Assembly: GCA_038087875.1 (NCBI GenBank)
Contig: CM075992.1
Coordinates: forward strand, 5,582,001 to 5,646,000
Direction: 5' to 3'
DNA: 64,000 bases
Source of the DNA: Malacoraja senta
Taxonomy: Eukaryota
The translations under genes were made by a program, and so were the position numbers. Positions 51,226 through 64,000 of the stretch are shown piece after piece (within the stretch, counting starts at the first letter, position 1; each line of letters starts with the position of its first letter). The notes below the pieces were generated by a model. That model was given only the letters and a program-made list of their open reading frames with translations, had not been told where the DNA came from and ran no database searches.

Positions 51226-54200
51226 ACTCCGTCCTTCTGTGCCATGAGGTTTGTAGCAATCCTGGACTGGGGAAGATGTGGACACGAGGAACTACAGATG
51301 CTGGTTTACAAAAAAGGCACAAAGTGCTGGAATAACTCAGTGCGTCAGACAACGTCTCTGCAGAACACGGCTAGGCAACGTTTCTGGTCGAGACCCTTCT
51401 TCAGGCTGATCCTTCAGTCTGAAGGGTCTCGACCCAAAACGTTGTCTATCCGAATTCTCCAGAGATGCTGCCTGACCCGCTGAGTTACTCCAGCACTTTG
51501 TGTCTGGACTGAAGAAAGGGATTTCTGTCCTAGAAATCACTACGCAACTCTGGCATAGATAAGGTGGATGGTCACAATCTTTTTTTTGATAGTGGAATCT
51601 AAAACTAGAGGACGTAGGCTTAAGTTGAGAGGGGAAAGATTTAAAGGGGATGTGAGAGATAACTTCCACAGACAGAATGGCGAGTATATTGAATGACCTG
51701 TCAGAGGAAGTGATGAAGGTGGGTACAATTACCACATTAGAAGACATTTGTGAGATAGGTAAAATTTAGTGGGTATGGGCCAAAACAGGAAAACTGGCAA
51801 AAACAAAATGTTGAAGGAACTCAGCAGGTCAGGCAGTATCTGAGGTGGAATGGACAGGCAGCATTTGGGTCAGGACCTTTTTTTCAGATTGTCGTAGGTG
51901 GGAGGAGAATGCTGGAACAAAAGCCTGTCATTCGCTCCCCAGATGCTGCCTGATCCGCTGCGTCCCTCCAGCACTTTGTGTCTTTGCTCACGATTCCAGC
52001 ATCTGCAGTTTCTTGTCTCCAGGAAAATGAGATTAGCTCAGGAAGGCACCATGGATAAGCTGGCCTTGTTTTTGTTCCGTATAACTCACAGATCTCTATG
52101 ATTTTAGATTTTCAGTTCGCAGTATAATTGATTGTACTTGCACTTGATTTACAGTTTGTAGCTCTCGTTTTCGGGAAACCGTTTTCTGGATTTTGCCCTT
52201 GGTGGCGATCGCCTCAGTAAATTATTACAGACGCAGCAAGGAGAAAAATCATCCTATTACATAACTTGTGAACTTGTCCATTCCTTCCACAGGTTGTACC
52301 TGACCATCTGAGCTCCTCTAGCACTTTTGTTTTTGCTCCAGGTTCCAGCACCTGCAATTTCTTAAGAGATTGGGATGTCTGATTACATGGATACAAGTTG
52401 TTTCCCCTGCCGATATTATTTAAAACCAAGACCTTTTTAAAAATCTGCTTGCCAATTTCCAATGTAACTTTTAAGTGGTTCTCTAGTTCCCATTTGAAAT
52501 GGTTATAACTGAAATCATTCTTAGATACATTGTCAGCCTGTGTTATACAAATAATGTTCCCTAATTCATCACTTGCATTGTATTAACGGAGCGCTTGTTA
52601 AAACAGATGTACAGGTGTTGCCTGTCACTATTTTCCCTAGAGAATGGTGGTGACCTTCTTTCAAAGAAGATCAGAAGCAGGAGTTGCCGATCAGGTTCCT
52701 CGTTCCTGCTGTGACCACCTGATTTGGGGTTTACTCACCGGCCTGCATCATTTACACACCTGGATTTTTAAAACTTATTGAAAAGCATGCTTTGATGTTG
52801 TATTTGCATACTTAAAGCAAAGCTCAACCATTTGAAGCGATGCTTGTAAGCTGACGTTTACCTTGGTGCAGTCGTGGCATACGCACGCACAGTCCCGTGA
52901 CCAGCAGGGGCGAGTTTGCGTTTTGAGTTGGAATTTGATGTGAATTTTTAATGTGATCCGTTCTTGGTCAGCTCTGAACAGGAGCTTCAAGGATAGCAGC
53001 GCAAAGAGGGGTGGTCCAGTTGAAGACCACAATGTGGTGCAGCGCGAGAGACCCGGGAGAGACCCGGGTTCAATCCCGACTGTCTATATGGAGTTTGTAC
53101 GTTCTCCCTCTGACCATGTTGGTTTTCCCTGGGTGCTCTGGTTTCTTCCCACTTTCCAAAGACATGCAGGTTATGTCAGAAAGAACTGCAGATGCTGGTT
53201 TAAATCGAAGGCAGACACAAAATGCTGGAGAAACGTCGCCCATTCCTTCTCTCCAGAGATGCTGCCTCAGCCGCTGAGTTACTCCAGCATTTTGTGTCTA
53301 CCAGGTTTGTAGGTTAGTTGGCTTCTGTAAATTGTTCCTAATGTGTAGATTTGAACTAGTGGACGGGTGATTGTTGGTCGATGCAAACTCGGTGGACCTA
53401 TTTGCACGCTGTATCTCTAAAACTAAAACCACCCATCCTTCATGTACATCCTTTCAGACACATTACATCTAAGTACAGACAAAATGTAGGAAAACTTCAA
53501 TCAAACCACCACGCTTTTACATACTACCGGCCAGATCATTTCCTAAGTAACCTGGTACTTTGCACTTGTCTTTTCATTGGTTATCCCCACTGTTTTCCAC
53601 TCTTGTATCTGTTATAATCCCACAAATGCTAATTTAATATATTGTGTTATACTTTATGTAATGTCTTTGAAAAGGAACAGGCCCCTCAGCCCACAATGTC
53701 CAAACCACACATGACAAACTAATCGCCTCTGCTTGCACGTAATCCATTACTGTCCAGATCCTGATCCAAAAGCCTCTTAAATGCCACAATCATATCCACA
53801 TCCACTCCCACCTCTGGCAGCATATTCCCAGCATTCAACACTGTGTTTGGGTTTTTTTTTAAGCATTCCCTGTACATCCTTAAAATTTGCCCTTCTCGCC
53901 TTTAGCTATGTCCTCTAGTCTTTCACAATTCCATCCGTGTGAAAAAGGTTCTGACTGCCTACATTTTATATACCTCTGTCAGGTTTCCCCTCATCCTACA
54001 ATGCTCCACAGTAAACTATCCAACTCTGTCCACTTCTCCTTATAGCTAATGCCCTCGAATCCAGGCAGCATTCTGGAAACAACATTGATTTCTGCATCCG
54101 TTCCCATCCGCCTGTTAGTTACATCCCCAGGGGGAAAACAAGTTAAATGTGAACATATAAACACAATAAAGTAATATAATTATATTAATACAAATAGTCA

Positions 54201-54863
54201 GATTAGTGAGTTAGGAAGTTTATTTCATTTTGGGTGAGAATTTGGATCCTAGAGATTGAACAAATTAAATTACATTACAATTAAACACAAAGTATTTGTG
54301 CTATATAACTCCAGGATAAGCGCTCAACTCAGTACCAAGCCCAAAGTATTATCTAACTATCTAACTGAATATCCCAACTTATGCTAAGGACAATAAATTA
54401 CTCTGTATGCAAAAAACAGCTACCTACATGTTAAATAGCTCTTTTAAAAAAAAAAACGAATCCTATAGATGCAAGTGTATCATTGGGGTTATCAAGTACA
54501 TCATGGAGGTTCTAGTGTCTGAATACTTAAGCCAATTTTTACTGTTACAGAATTATTGTATCTTTTTAGTGTCGATATATTTTATCCCCTTTACTTTGTA
54601 GAATTCATAGAAAAATTATATTTGCAAAATCACTGTAAAAACTTGAGGGTTTCGTATAGAAGTGCAAAATGCAATTCAACTACTTAAGAGAGACGCAAAA
54701 AAGCTGGAGCAACTGAGTTTGATTGAAAGGTCTCGACCCGAAACGTCACCTATTTCTTCTCGCCAGAGATGCTGCCTGTCCCGCTGAGTTACTCCAGCTT
54801 TTTGTGTCTAACATTTTGTCAACTACTTGATGTTTCCTGAAAGCTAGTTCTTCACGTTCGTGA

Positions 54864-55091
54864 TCAGTTTGGTGAAATTGCATGATTACGAAAGCAGTTG
54901 CAAGTGACAACTTTGAGAAAGTTTAAACTTATCTTGAAGAGATTCCCATGATTAAAAAGTAAGTTGTAAAATGTTCGAACAGACAGGTTTCCTGTGTTGT
55001 CGGCATACTTCATTGCTGTTAGTGGTGTGTACAACATGTTAGTTTGGTAACGAAAAACTGGGTCTTCCATTTTTATCACTTTGACGGTTGC
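54864..55091 (-). CDS. RDH8: RDH8 exon 6, coding part
   Basis: tacaag|[49 protein letters not shown]...[13 protein letters not shown]. Confidence 0.92.
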   Translation of the reverse strand, partial: ATVKVIKMEDPVFRYQTNMLYTPLTAMKYADNTGNLSVRTFYNLLFNHGNLFKISLNFLKVVTCNCFRNHAISPN

Positions 55092-58000
55092 CTTGTAAAA
55101 AGAAAAATAATCAGTGAAGTGCAAAACATGTTAAGTCCCAGGTCAACAATCATGCATCACTCTTGGACACAAAGCTGGATTAACTCAGCGGGACAGCCAG
55201 CATCTCTGGAGAGAAGGAATGGGTGACGTTTTGGGTCGGGACCCTTCATCAGCCCCGCAACGTCACCTATCCCTTCTGTCCCGCTGAGTGACTCCAGCTT
55301 TTTGTGTCTTTCTTCGGTTTAATCCAGCACCTGCAGTTCCTTCCTGCACATACATCACCTTCTCTCCCACAATCTTCTCCTGCTATTGTGCTTAGAAGGA
55401 ACCGCAGATTCTGCTGTAAACCAAAGATAGACACAAAACCCTGCAGTAACTTGGGATCAGGCAGCATCGCTGGAGAAAAGGAATGGGTGAAGAAACCATT
55501 CTTCAGGTCTCGACCCGAAACGTCACCTATTTTCTACAGAGATGCTGTCTGACCCACTGAGTTACTCCAGCTTTTTGTGTCCAGCTGCTATTGTGCTTAG
55601 TATCTTCCCCATGTTGATGAAATCAACCACCATTCAGACTATTATTTCAGCAGAAAATATTGAGATATTTCTCCTGAAAACAGCATGACAGGTACCAGAT
55701 CACATTTGGAAAAGGAAACAGTTAACATCTCAGGTCCAAGAGCCTTGGTCAGATGTGACAAGGTTTTGGGTTTCTCTTACCCAGTTAGAACCGATCAACA
55801 GTTTTGGATTTAATATTCACTGCTTCCTTTTCCGGTTGCTGTCTAGCCTTCTGAGTGTTTCCAAATTTCCAGCAAGTTGTTTTTTTAAGTTTGAGATTTG
55901 TTCGACCCACCGAGTCTGCGCTGACTTGCGATCCCCACACTCTAACACTATCCGACACACTAGGGCCAATTTACAATTATACTGAAACCAATTAACCAAC
56001 AAACCTGTATGTCTTCAGAGCACAGTAAGAAATGGGAGCACCCGGAGAAAACCCATGCGTTCACAGGGAGAAGGTACTAACAGTACCCATAGTCAGGATC
56101 AAACCTGGGTCTCTGGCGATGGGCTTCCTGCTGAAGGTCTCTACCTCAAACCATGAGCAGACAGGGGAGAGGACCAGCTAATCCCCCTATCAATCTTGTT
56201 CAGTAGCCACACCAATGCATTAGATGTAATGCATATAATTCATCTGTATCAATCGTATACTCTCTGGGGGAATTGCCCTGCTTTGTGGGAGGATGCTGTA
56301 GCTTTTCCCCCCTTATTCCTTAAGCAGACGTTTGCTTATTGACTGCACATTTCATCCCATCTTATTACAAATAAATGTTTTTTTTTAATTAAACCAACTA
56401 AATTTAAAATTTAAAACCTGCAAAAGATTAGATACCGACTCATCCCTTGATAAGTTACAGACAACAGGTTAAGCTCTTATATTTGTAGCTGTTTTTGAAA
56501 ATATTACCTTCGCAATAGTCTCAGGCGACTGCCCCAATGTCATAAAAATATCATGAGCAGCAGGCAGGTAGACATCTTTAAAGTACTGGATCGTCTCAGA
56601 GTCCGTTCCTGGATATTCGGAGCAAGACACTTCTTTCATGAGTTTCATTTCGAATTCTGTGTTTACCGGGCCAGGTTCAATCAATGAAACACTGAAATGA
56701 AAAAAAGTGCTCTTATTGCTAGTTCCATAACATGGATTGGATGTAATCAAATCGATGTATTCAGGAGCACTAATGTGATTTTGTTCAGGAATTGGAGAAC
56801 TACTAAAGTTACTTTGAAAAGGGGCAAGTAGAAAAAAAAGCTGTCTTGGGGGAAAGAAAAGTTTCCATGTAGCCTCCCCCCAGTAATCAGATACCAATGT
56901 CACAAGAACATAGCTGCTTCTTTCATTGTGGAAATTAATTGCTTCTATGGGCACTTGTGCAATGTTGCTCCATTAAATAAATGTGTTATTCAGCCTTTAC
57001 TACTTTAGCCTACAGAAACATTATTAGTTAAGACTTTTTTTGAAATTTTTGCAAGGAAAAGTAACTGAGTCTGAAACTTGAGTCCTTAACTCTACTTTTC
57101 CCCATTGACACAATTGTTTTTATAAAATGATTTTCTATAACAAGGTTTCTTCAGAACGCGACTAACATGTTATAGCAGGACATCTTATACAGCACTTATG
57201 GGATGGAGAACAAGATTAGGTTATCATGAAGCTAATGTTAATGAGTGCTGAGTTGAGGGGGAGGGACATTGCAGGAGATGTGTTAGAGGCAGGAGAATAG
57301 AATAGATACAGGATATGGGAACTGTAAAGCGAGAGGGAGTTGTTAAGACTGGAAGAACCAAGTTAACTGCTAAGTTAACTGAGCACTCCTCACTCAAATA
57401 AGGAGAAGATACTGCCATAAAATAAGCTGGCCTACAACTGTTTGGTTCAAGAACACAGAATTGAAAATGCACTTTCTACAGTGAAACATTACTGTAACTG
57501 CTGAGTCATTTTGCAACAGGCCCGATCTCCAACAAACACTTTGCTGCACAGCCTGTGCATCATTCACTGCCAGAGCTCATATGGGGGAAGTTATTGCTCC
57601 CAGGAGCATTCAATATTGGGTACTGCTCCACTGTGCAGCCCTGGAATGAGACCATCCTGCAGTAAGAACACAAATAAAACTCAAGAAGCTGGAAGCCTGA
57701 GCAAAACACAAAGTAGTGGAGGAGGGTGGACATAAAATGCTGGAGTAACTCAGCGGGACAGGCAGCATCTCTGGAGAGAAGGAATGGGTGACGTTTCGGG
57801 TCAAGACCCTTCAGACTGATGTCAGGGCATCAGTGTACGTAGTGGAGGAGGGAATGGGCAGGTGACGTTTTGGATTGGGACCCTTTGTCAGATTCTGAAG
57901 ATGCATCTGTTTATTCCCTCCACAATTCCTCCAGCATTTTGTATTTCGACCCTGCTAAAGTCAATTTAGTTTTTATTTTAATTCAGAGATACAGAAGGGA

Positions 58001-61000
58001 AACAGGCACAACGGGCCACCGATTCCCCACACACTAACTACCCTACACACACACTAGGGACAATTTACATTTACACCAAGCCAATTAACCTACAAACCTG
58101 TATGTCTTTGGAGTGTGGGAGGAGACCAAAGATCTCGGAGAAATCCCACGCAGGTCACGGGGAGAATGTACAGACAGCACCTGTAGTCAGGATCAAATTC
58201 GGGTCTCTAGCACTGTAAAGGGCCTGTCCCACTTGGGCGTCATTTACACGTCACGACGCATGACGCACGCGGTGAGGCGTAGGCGGTGACGCGCGGTCAC
58301 GCGGCGTCCCAGGATTTTAGGATTCACAAGTGGGACAGGCCCTTAAGACAGTAGCTCTACCGCTACGCCACCGTGTCGCCCGATTTAACCGATCTTCTCT
58401 CCTTCGCATACCTCAACTAGTGACCTCCCCTCATTCCCCACTCACTGATCTCACCCCATCAACCTAGTTTGCCGTGGCTCCAAACAGCACGTTGCTTGGA
58501 AAGAGCCCACCGAGCCCAGAGACTACCACAGTTTGATCAAATTGGCCCACAAATGAGCTGTTCCCCTTGTGAGCATCAATTACAACATTTTATAAGTGTT
58601 TGGCTACAAACAAGATTCACTGTACCAAATATTTCTTGAGGAGGCTAATGTATGGACCAGTTTCTGCAAACATTCTTGGTATACACACGTAAATATATGA
58701 ACTTACAATATATTGAACTTCAAAAGTTGAACGGCAAGACTTTCGCAAAATCCTTCCAGTGCAAACTTCGAGGCAGCATAGACATCATTAAATACAATTC
58801 CTGGGCAAAAACAAAATCATTTTTTAGTCAATATTGTAGACCAAATGACTTTGGACATGTGTGTGGAAAGGTTTGGAGGACAATGGGCCAAATGCAGGCC
58901 ATGGATCTAGCCCAGTCGGCTAACAAAGACCTAATACAATTTGTATAACTTCTCAGCTGCAATTGCAGAGTAATTATTCGATCAAATTACAGTATCTGTT
59001 TAGCAATGGCAAGCTAATGTAAGTTTCTTCTAGCCTGTTGAACCTTCACCCCGGCAACATCCTCATAAATCATCTCTGTACCTTTTCCAGCTTCATATCT
59101 TCCTATAGCAGGGTGACCAAATCTGAACAACCTCACCAATGTCTAGTACTTAGATCACAAAGTCCAAAGAAGCTTAAGTACGATATTACGATTGTCACTA
59201 GACTAGCAATCAGAGTTCTGAACCATTATTCAAGAGTTGCAAGTTTGAATCCAACCATGGTAGCTGGAGAATTTTAATTAATGTAATTAAATAACTGTCC
59301 TTGAATAATAATAGAAAAAAGAATCTTGTGACATGTACAATAACTATGAAACGATTGTAGAAACAAAGAACTGCAGATGTTGGTTTATACCAAGTGCTAG
59401 AATAACTCAGCAGGTGAGGCAGCATCTCTGGAGAAAAAAGATGGGTGATGTTTTGTGTCGGGACCTTTCTTCAGACTGGTTCCCTTACTACTCAATTTGG
59501 TTCACTAATGTTTTTCAGGAATGATATTAATTCTCACATTTTTATCTCGGCTGGCCTATATATAATCCACCAATGCGGTTTGACTCTCAACTATCTCCAC
59601 ACTCCAAAGACGTAGAGCCCCAACCCAGCCATTATCTCAATGCCTGACCCCAGCAGGGAAACCTTTTAATATCATAGCTTTGAAACATGATTCATTTAAA
59701 GCACAATTCTGGTGGCACAGATCTATTCCAAAACTTTGAAGAGATGATGGTACCTTGGAGACCCATCACACTGCTCATCATGACAAGGTGACCACTTTTT
59801 CTTCTCTTCATAGCCGGCAACACTGCCTTAACCATCCGGACAACTCCAAAGAAGTTTGTGTCGAACATATTCTTCATTTCTTCCATGCTTAGACTTTCAA
59901 TTGGACCGATCATTCCAACCCCTGCGTTGTTCACTGGACACATTAAAGCAAATTAATTACTAATCAATATCAAAAATAACAGATGCACACAAGTATTGAA
60001 AGCAAAACAATGTCCATTCTAGTTTTAAACCAACAAACTTAATTAATCCATGGTAGACAAAAGTGCTGGAGAAACTCAGCGGGTGCGGCAGCATCTATGC
60101 AGCGAAGGAAATAGGCAACGTTTCGGGTCAAAACCCTTCTTCAGACTGATCATTAATTAATTCTTGTCCTTGATTCCCCTACTCTGGTAAAAGTCAATGG
60201 ACATCAATGGATAACACTGAGTCAGGTTTTGTACAAAGGAAGATGGTTCTTGTTGTTGGGGGTCAGTCAAAGTTGCTGAAGGATTTCCTTGAGGCAACAT
60301 TCTCAGCCCAACCATCTTTAGCTGCTGCATCAAAGACCTGCCTTCTACCATAAGCTCGGATAATCACTAATGATTACATTGTGGATAGTTCCATTTGAGA
60401 CTCTTCAGCAAATGGGACAGTCGACATATACATGTAGTGAGACCTAGGCGATCTGCAGGGATGGGTTTGTAAGTTACAAGTGGCATTCACTCACTAGAAG
60501 TACCAGACAATGTACTTCAACAAGAGACAGTCTCACTCCATGCCCCCAACATCCAGTGGAATTCTCATCACCCATTAACGTCCTGTGGATCAGCATTGAC
60601 CATAAATTCAACTGGACCAGAGGGTATTAACTATAAGGAGAGGTTGGACAAACTTGGATTGTTTTCTCTGGAGCGTCAGAGGTTGAGGGGAGACCTGATA
60701 GAAGTATCAATAATTCTGAGGGGCTTTGATACAGTAGACAGTCAGAATGTGAAGGGAAAGTATATAGTTAATGGCAAACCCCTGAACAAGATCCAAATCT
60801 GCAGCTCCCAAAAGTGGATAGAACAATAAAGGTGGCATAAAGTGCACTTGGAACTGCAAATGGTATGTTCTGCTTGCCTTCATTTATTGAGGTGTTGAGT
60901 ATAAGAGTCAGGAAGTCATGTTACAGTTTTAGAGGACTAGTTAGCATTTGGAGTAAGAATTTTATTATTCCGGTTTGGTACATAGAACATTTACCGCAGT

Positions 61001-62026
61001 TCGGTTTGCCTCATTACTTGAAGAATATGGAGGGTTTGGAGTGGGTACAGAAGAGGTTTACCAGGATTCTGCCAGGATTAGAGAGTATTAGGTATAAGGA
61101 GACGTTGCACAAACATGATAGAAGTATATCAATTTATGAAAAGCATAGATATGGTAGACAGTCAGAACCTTTTTCCGAAGATGGAAATGTCTGAGAGAGG
61201 GCATAGCTTTAAGGTGAGAGGGGGGGCGGGGGGCAAAGTTTAAAGATGATGTGCAGGTTAAGTTTCTAGCTTTACAGGGAGTGGTGGGTGCCTGGAACAC
61301 GCTGCCAGGGGTGGCGGTGGAGGCAGATACGATAACGGCATTTAAGAGCTATCAGACAGGTGCGTGGACATGCAGGGAAAGGAGGGATAAGGATCACGTG
61401 CAGGCAGAGTGGACCAAAGGGCCTGCTGCTCTACTGTGCAACTCTGCAGTGAAATGTGGATTCCTCCTCCTATTGTGGAGATCCACCCTGGATAAAATTC
61501 CAATTCCCCAGTGAAAAGCAAACAAGACTCTTGCGGCCAAACTTAAATTTCTCCACACAAAAATTACATCTGAAATGTGAAAAACAAGAGGTCCCATTGA
61601 CAAAAAAAATGCACTTTGCATTCAACATTTGCAAGCCTGAAAGGGAGGGGTCTGTAGACGGTGATCTTTGTCATACAGCACAGAAATAGGCACTTCGGCC
61701 AAACTCGCCCATGCCAACCAAGAGGCCCCATCTGAGCTGGTCCACTCGCCCCTGTTTGCCCCATATCCCTTCACACCTTTCTTATCCTGTGGGATCCAAC
61801 AACCCATGGAGAAAGTGTGGAAACAGACTTACTGTGGAAGACATGAAACACTTCACTTCCTTACCCAGAATGTCAACTCTTCCACCTTGAAGACTGTTGA
61901 GGCATTCTGTCACCGACTCATCGCTGCACACATCCAGCTGTTGGATGTGTAATGTCTCGTTCAGTCTCTCCCCAGCAGCCTCTTCAAGCTTTCCTTTACG
62001 ACTTAAGTTTCGCATCGTGGCAATAA
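54864..62026 (-). CDS. RDH8: Retinol dehydrogenase 8 (photoreceptor RDH, SDR family), exons 2-6; exon 1 not in window
   Basis: complement join(61865-62026,59754-59933,58707-58800,56508-56691,54864-55091); motifs [29 protein letters not shown], catalytic [15 protein letters not shown]; phases consistent. Confidence 0.9.
56508..56691 (-). CDS. RDH8: RDH8 exon 5
   Basis: ttcag|[61 protein letters not shown]|gtaata. Confidence 0.93.
58219..58343. mobile_element. PIF/Harbinger-type MITE nested in a V-SINE
   Basis: Perfect 17-bp TIR AGGGCCTGTCCCACTTG / CAAGTGGGACAGGCCCT; TAA TSD at 58216-18 and 58344-46; the SINE continues on both sides. Confidence 0.88.
58707..58800 (-). CDS. RDH8: RDH8 exon 4 (YxxxK active site)
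   Basis: cccag|[31 protein letters not shown]|gtaagt. Confidence 0.93.
59754..59933 (-). CDS. RDH8: RDH8 exon 3
   Basis: tccag|[60 protein letters not shown]|gtacca. Confidence 0.93.
61865..62026 (-). CDS. RDH8: RDH8 exon 2
   Basis: ttaaag|(V)[53 protein letters not shown]|gtaagg. Confidence 0.92.
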
Positions 62027-64000
62027 CTTTAAGAAAAAAGAGCAAACAGAATCACTAAGTATGGTGTTCCCTCCTTCTCCGCACCTACACCTACGTTTCT
62101 TGTCATCAGCTTCTCACGCTTCCAGTCTACACAGCAGATCATCACACCAATCAGGTCAGAAAGAGTAATCCAACTAATCCCAACCCAGTGGTGCAGCGGT
62201 AGAGTTGCTGCCTTACAGCGCCAGAGACCCGGGTTCGATCCAGACTACAGGTGGTGTCTGGATGGAGTTTGTACCTTCTCCCCGTGACCTGCGTGGGTTT
62301 TTCCCAGGAGCTCCGGTTTCCTCCCACACATACAGGTTGTAGGTTAATTGGCTTGGTAAAATAGTCCATTGTCCCTCGTGTGTAGGATAGTTTAGCATGC
62401 AGGGATCGCTGGTCGGCACAGACTTGGTGGGCCGTAGGGCCAGTTACCGCGTGGTATCTCTAAACTCAAAACCAAACATTTAATTCTTGATAGAGATGTA
62501 CGAGATTGCAACTGGCTAAACACGACCTTTGTTCCATTACCGATACTGACCTCCCCTCCAATGAAGAGATCTAAAAGCACCATCTCAAAAGGTCAGCTAA
62601 CAACATCAAAGACCTACGCACCCTGTCCATGCTCTCATCTCGCTACCACCATGAGGTAAAATGTAAAAGAGCCTGAGAACTGTGACCTCCAGATTCAAGA
62701 ACAAAATCACACTGTACAACCCTAACCACAACAGCAACGATCTACTCCTATGTAGACCGATTACCCTACACATTTAAATTTGCACTTGTATGATAGACAA
62801 CAGACAATAGGGGCACGAGTAGGCCATTCGGCCCTTCAAGCCAGCACCACCATTCAATGTGATCATGGCTAATCATCCCCAATCAGTACCCCTGATCTAA
62901 CGTATTTTGAGTTTGCTTATGAATGACATTATTGGAATAGAAAATATTGTTTCTGTCTAGACACAAAGAGCTGTTGGTTTCCAAAAAAAGGCAAAGTGCT
63001 GGAGTAACTCAATGGGTCAGACGGCATCTCTCGAGAACGTGGATGGGTGAAGTTTCAGGTCAGGATCCTTCTTCAGACTGATTGTGGTAAGGGGGGGGAA
63101 GGGTGCGGGCAGGACAAAGTCTGCCGAGTGATAGGTGGATACAGGTGAGAGGGAGCTTTGGTAAGCAGATGGTTGGACAAAGGCCAGAGATGAAACGACA
63201 AAAGGTGTAAGAAAAGGGCAGAAGAGATGTGTTTATGGTGCCAATGGAAAGTATAAGACAGCTCAGTCCAAGCTCACAGAAAAATATTCTTGCATCTCCC
63301 AACAGTTTAGAAACTTGCAAGGAAAATACTACCCGAAGGAGTTAATGCTGGTGGTGAGAGCTCCGGTGTGTTAATCAGAAATCGATGGAAGAACTATCCC
63401 TGCGTGATAAACACGGTGTGTTTCTGGAAAGAATCCAATCCTCTTATAATAAGCTGCTCTTGATTGCAGTATGGTGTACATTGTAAATTGGGATGACAAT
63501 TGAATTAACGGAATGGTTGAAGAAAAATGTTAAAAGAAGGCAAAGCAATTGGAGAGCTCTGTTGCGAGTTACAGGATCATGCCGGACTAAGAATCCACGT
63601 GTTTGAATTCTATGGCAATCAGGTAAAATATGCCATGTAATAGAATCCAGTATCAAAAGATACTGAAATTTCATTTGTTGAATGCATACCAAGACTGATG
63701 TACAGAATACATTGATCTTCCTTGCCAGATAATTATAGCTCCCTGCATACTGTGTTTCAGATGAGAATTATAATTGGTTATGCATTCTAGGCCTCTCTGG
63801 CTTTTCCTCTTTCGTTGATAGGTGCTACAGCCTCCATTTTTGCCCTGGATACCTTCTCAGTGAAGTACACTTCTCTGGCTATTGACATCTCACTGCCGCA
63901 GAGAGAGCGACCCCACTACTACAGCAGCGTTCCAGATTCATCACGGTGGAAGCGAGGAGGATAACCCGCACTCTCTCTCGTTGTAAAAAGCCTTCATCCA

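Noticed and set aside
62027..64000. RDH8 exon 1 (expected TGxxxGIG-type cofactor-binding motif)
   Set aside because: No matching reading frame with a phase-1 donor was found by eye; presumed to lie beyond the window.

Overview
Eukaryotic (vertebrate) genomic DNA, most likely an elasmobranch (skate/ray). This is inferred from V-SINE/HE1-like SINEs, CR1 LINEs and the dominant palindromic Penelope-type repeat; the species cannot be proven from sequence alone. Three spliced genes were reconstructed by hand: (1) the first coding exon of a divergent DR1/NC2-beta gene (minus, 1025-1247; the rest lies left of the window), head-to-head with (2) a complete 18-exon GPR108-like gene (plus, CDS 8295-49523, 1671 nt, 556 aa), which converges on (3) RDH8 (minus, exons 2-6, 54864-62026; exon 1 not found in the window). 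The introns are packed with retroelements. Most notable: a ~135-nt (AAG)n-tailed SINE-like element whose first 54 nt fold into a complete minimal HDV-like self-cleaving ribozyme (intact copy at 5223, mutated copy at 42275); more than 20 inverted-repeat Penelope-derived insertions carrying hammerhead-like cores, several associated with local duplication of host DNA including splice sites; and a DR1 copy whose position fits a retained whole-genome-duplication paralog. Almost all short ORFs in the supplied track are repeat fragments or noise. Repeat boundaries are approximate and family names come from recognition, not from a database search.
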